Shown here: piece after piece, positions 34,751 through 36,208 of the stretch | How positions within the stretch are numbered: the first letter of the stretch is position 1 | Layout: every line of letters starts with the position of its first letter | DNA from: Aurantibacter sp. | Lineage (GTDB): Bacteria; Bacteroidota; Bacteroidia; Flavobacteriales; Flavobacteriaceae | Assembly: GCA_036821745.1 (NCBI GenBank) | Contig: DAISIZ010000002.1 | Coordinates: 1 to 36,208, forward strand | Direction of reading: 5' to 3' | Length of the DNA stretch: 36,208 nt | Translations under genes and position numbers: made by a program | The notes under the pieces: generated by a model | Seen by the model: the letters and a program-made list of their open reading frames with translations, nothing else | The model's database searches: none | Told to the model about the DNA's origin: nothing

Positions 34751-36181
34751 TTACTTTCTTTTTGTTTTTTTTGATAATTTTTGTGGCGCTTCAAGAGCCT
34801 CGGGGCCAATAGGAAATCTTAAGTTCTCAGTGTGTGATAAAATATTCCCGTTAGAATCTTTTCTATCTGCTCTTGTAGCAACTATTTGCCATGAAAATTT
34901 GACACTAGAATTTCCATTTGAAAGCTCTTTAACTACAAAACCAGTTTGAGATTTAGAAGTTACATATACACCATTACAATCACCTTCTAATTGAATAAAC
35001 ACTTTTAAAGGATGTTTATCATCGACTAAGATGTTTTTAGAAAGTGTTTCATCAATAGTAATTTCTGCTTGACCATTTTGTAATTGACCAACACCATAAT
35101 CTTGGAATAAAACTTCAGGAGACTCAGGTGCAAACATAATTCTTGGGATATTATTTTTGTCTCGCACGATTGTTGATACTACACCATTTCCTATAATTTT
35201 AAAATCTGTACCTCCAGTTGCAGTTGCATTGTTGTCATGGGCGTATTTTAATCCTACATAGCTAAATGATTGGCTAGACACTCCTCCTCGAAAATAACCT
35301 CCATAAAGCAATCTTGCAGCAGGTAAAGCCAAGCCAGTCACTGGATCAAAACCTGGAGCAGCCTCATCTTTTCCAGCTAGTTGAGCCATAGCTGAATCAT
35401 TAGTAGTATCTGGATCGTTATCAGAATCTAAAATAAACATACCAGCAACGTGACCATTATGTGCAGGGACATTTGGAGTACCATTCCCAGTATTACCGTA
35501 AACACCAACTCCATTAACAGCTGAACCAGAAACAGCAGCTCCAACTGTAGGAAAAACACCTCCCGTACCATTCACCGCACCCAAAATGGCAGTTCCAGTA
35601 GCGTTATCATTTACTGCCCATAAACCATTGGCAATACCGTCGTTATTACGAGTGTTTATAGCATCATTAGGGTTATTGGATTGAATATAAACTTGAGTAA
35701 ATGCATTACCAGGGTCATTAATCGCTATATTTTGATCTGATCTTACTCTAAAAGCTTCTGTGTTATTTGTGCGTACTCTTAAATCTTGAGTATCTGTAGT
35801 TCCTAGAAAGTTGGTACCTGCAGAAGTTCCACTGTTACCGGTTAGAGTCCAATCCAAGCCACCCGGAGAACCTGCAAACGCTACCCATTTTGTACCATCC
35901 CAATAATATAAACCTGGACCTACATTTGTTGGAGAGGTACCAGCAGTAGCTGTATTCCAAACTATCGTTCCTGCGGGTAAGGCTCCACCTTGTGGGTTTA
36001 CAACTGGCGCTTGAACATTTGTAGCTGTTAAAGCTAACCGTGGTGGTAAAAAACCATTAACAGTTGACTGAATATCCAAAGCACCTGTAGGAGATGTTGT
36101 TCCAATACCAACTTGAGCTATAAGTGAAGCTGCAGTAAAAACTAAACCTAGAGTGAATATTTTTCTAATCATAATTTTCAT
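34751..36181 (-). CDS. Secreted 'QVGIGTTSP' fibre-like protein with Gly-rich shaft and phage-tail-like C-terminal domain
   Basis: Same N-terminal module as 33199-34323; G-V/I-x-G repeats (AILG, AVSG, GVYG); C-terminal ESPEVLFQDYGVGQL...VFIQLEGDCNGVYV...FSWQIVATR. Confidence 0.7.
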   Translation of the reverse strand: MKIMIRKIFTLGLVFTAASLIAQVGIGTTSPTGALDIQSTVNGFLPPRLALTATNVQAPVVNPQGGALPAGTIVWNTATAGTSPTNVGPGLYYWDGTKWVAFAGSPGGLDWTLTGNSGTSAGTNFLGTTDTQDLRVRTNNTEAFRVRSDQNIAINDPGNAFTQVYIQSNNPNDAINTRNNDGIANGLWAVNDNATGTAILGAVNGTGGVFPTVGAAVSGSAVNGVGVYGNTGNGTPNVPAHNGHVAGMFILDSDNDPDTTNDSAMAQLAGKDEAAPGFDPVTGLALPAARLLYGGYFRGGVSSQSFSYVGLKYAHDNNATATGGTDFKIIGNGVVSTIVRDKNNIPRIMFAPESPEVLFQDYGVGQLQNGQAEITIDETLSKNILVDDKHPLKVFIQLEGDCNGVYVTSKSQTGFVVKELSNGNSSVKFSWQIVATRADRKDSNGNILSHTENLRFPIGPEALEAPQKLSKKTKRK

Positions 36182-36190
36182 TTTTGTTTA

Positions 36191-36198
36191 CAAAAATA
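36191..36198 (-). promoter_or_regulatory. -7 promoter element for the 476-aa gene
   Basis: Minus-strand TATTTTTG 9 nt upstream of ATG 36181. Confidence 0.45.
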
Positions 36199-36208
36199 AT
36201 CAATTTTT

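Noticed and set aside
33199..36181. Prophage remnant
   Set aside because: The tail-fibre-like proteins carry signal peptides and host-type terminators; no capsid, terminase or integrase genes are present.

Overview
AT-rich bacterial chromosome segment whose gene set and TAnnTTTG promoters point to Bacteroidota, most likely Flavobacteriaceae. Most of 1-24650 is core-like: nrdA (5' fragment), an ATP-cone-fused class Id-like nrdB, MarC, an S41 protease, dCMP deaminase, alaS, M23/MerR/LemA/TPM genes, pth, rplY, prs, tRNA-Leu(CAA), GSCFA, OmpA, a long phhA and DUF4136. Five things stand out. (1) A five-gene + strand cluster at 25226-30276, between DUF4136 and hutU, with three paralogous secreted pilin-like beta proteins, a PapD/DUF916-like protein and an 878-aa usher-like outer-membrane protein; this is a candidate uncharacterised chaperone-usher/WxL-like fibre system. 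(2) A 24-codon TTG-initiated ORF with tandem His codons and a Pro-stop end directly upstream of hutU, preceded by an unlisted 54-aa DUF5522-like gene; this is a candidate TnaC-like histidine-sensing leader peptide. (3) Two 'QVGIGTTSP' fibre-like paralogs with different C-terminal domains and near-identical terminators. (4) A lipoprotein gene broken by one in-frame TAA. (5) A structured Flavo-1-like intergenic element with nested REP-like hairpins. All family assignments come from motif recognition by eye; no database search was run.
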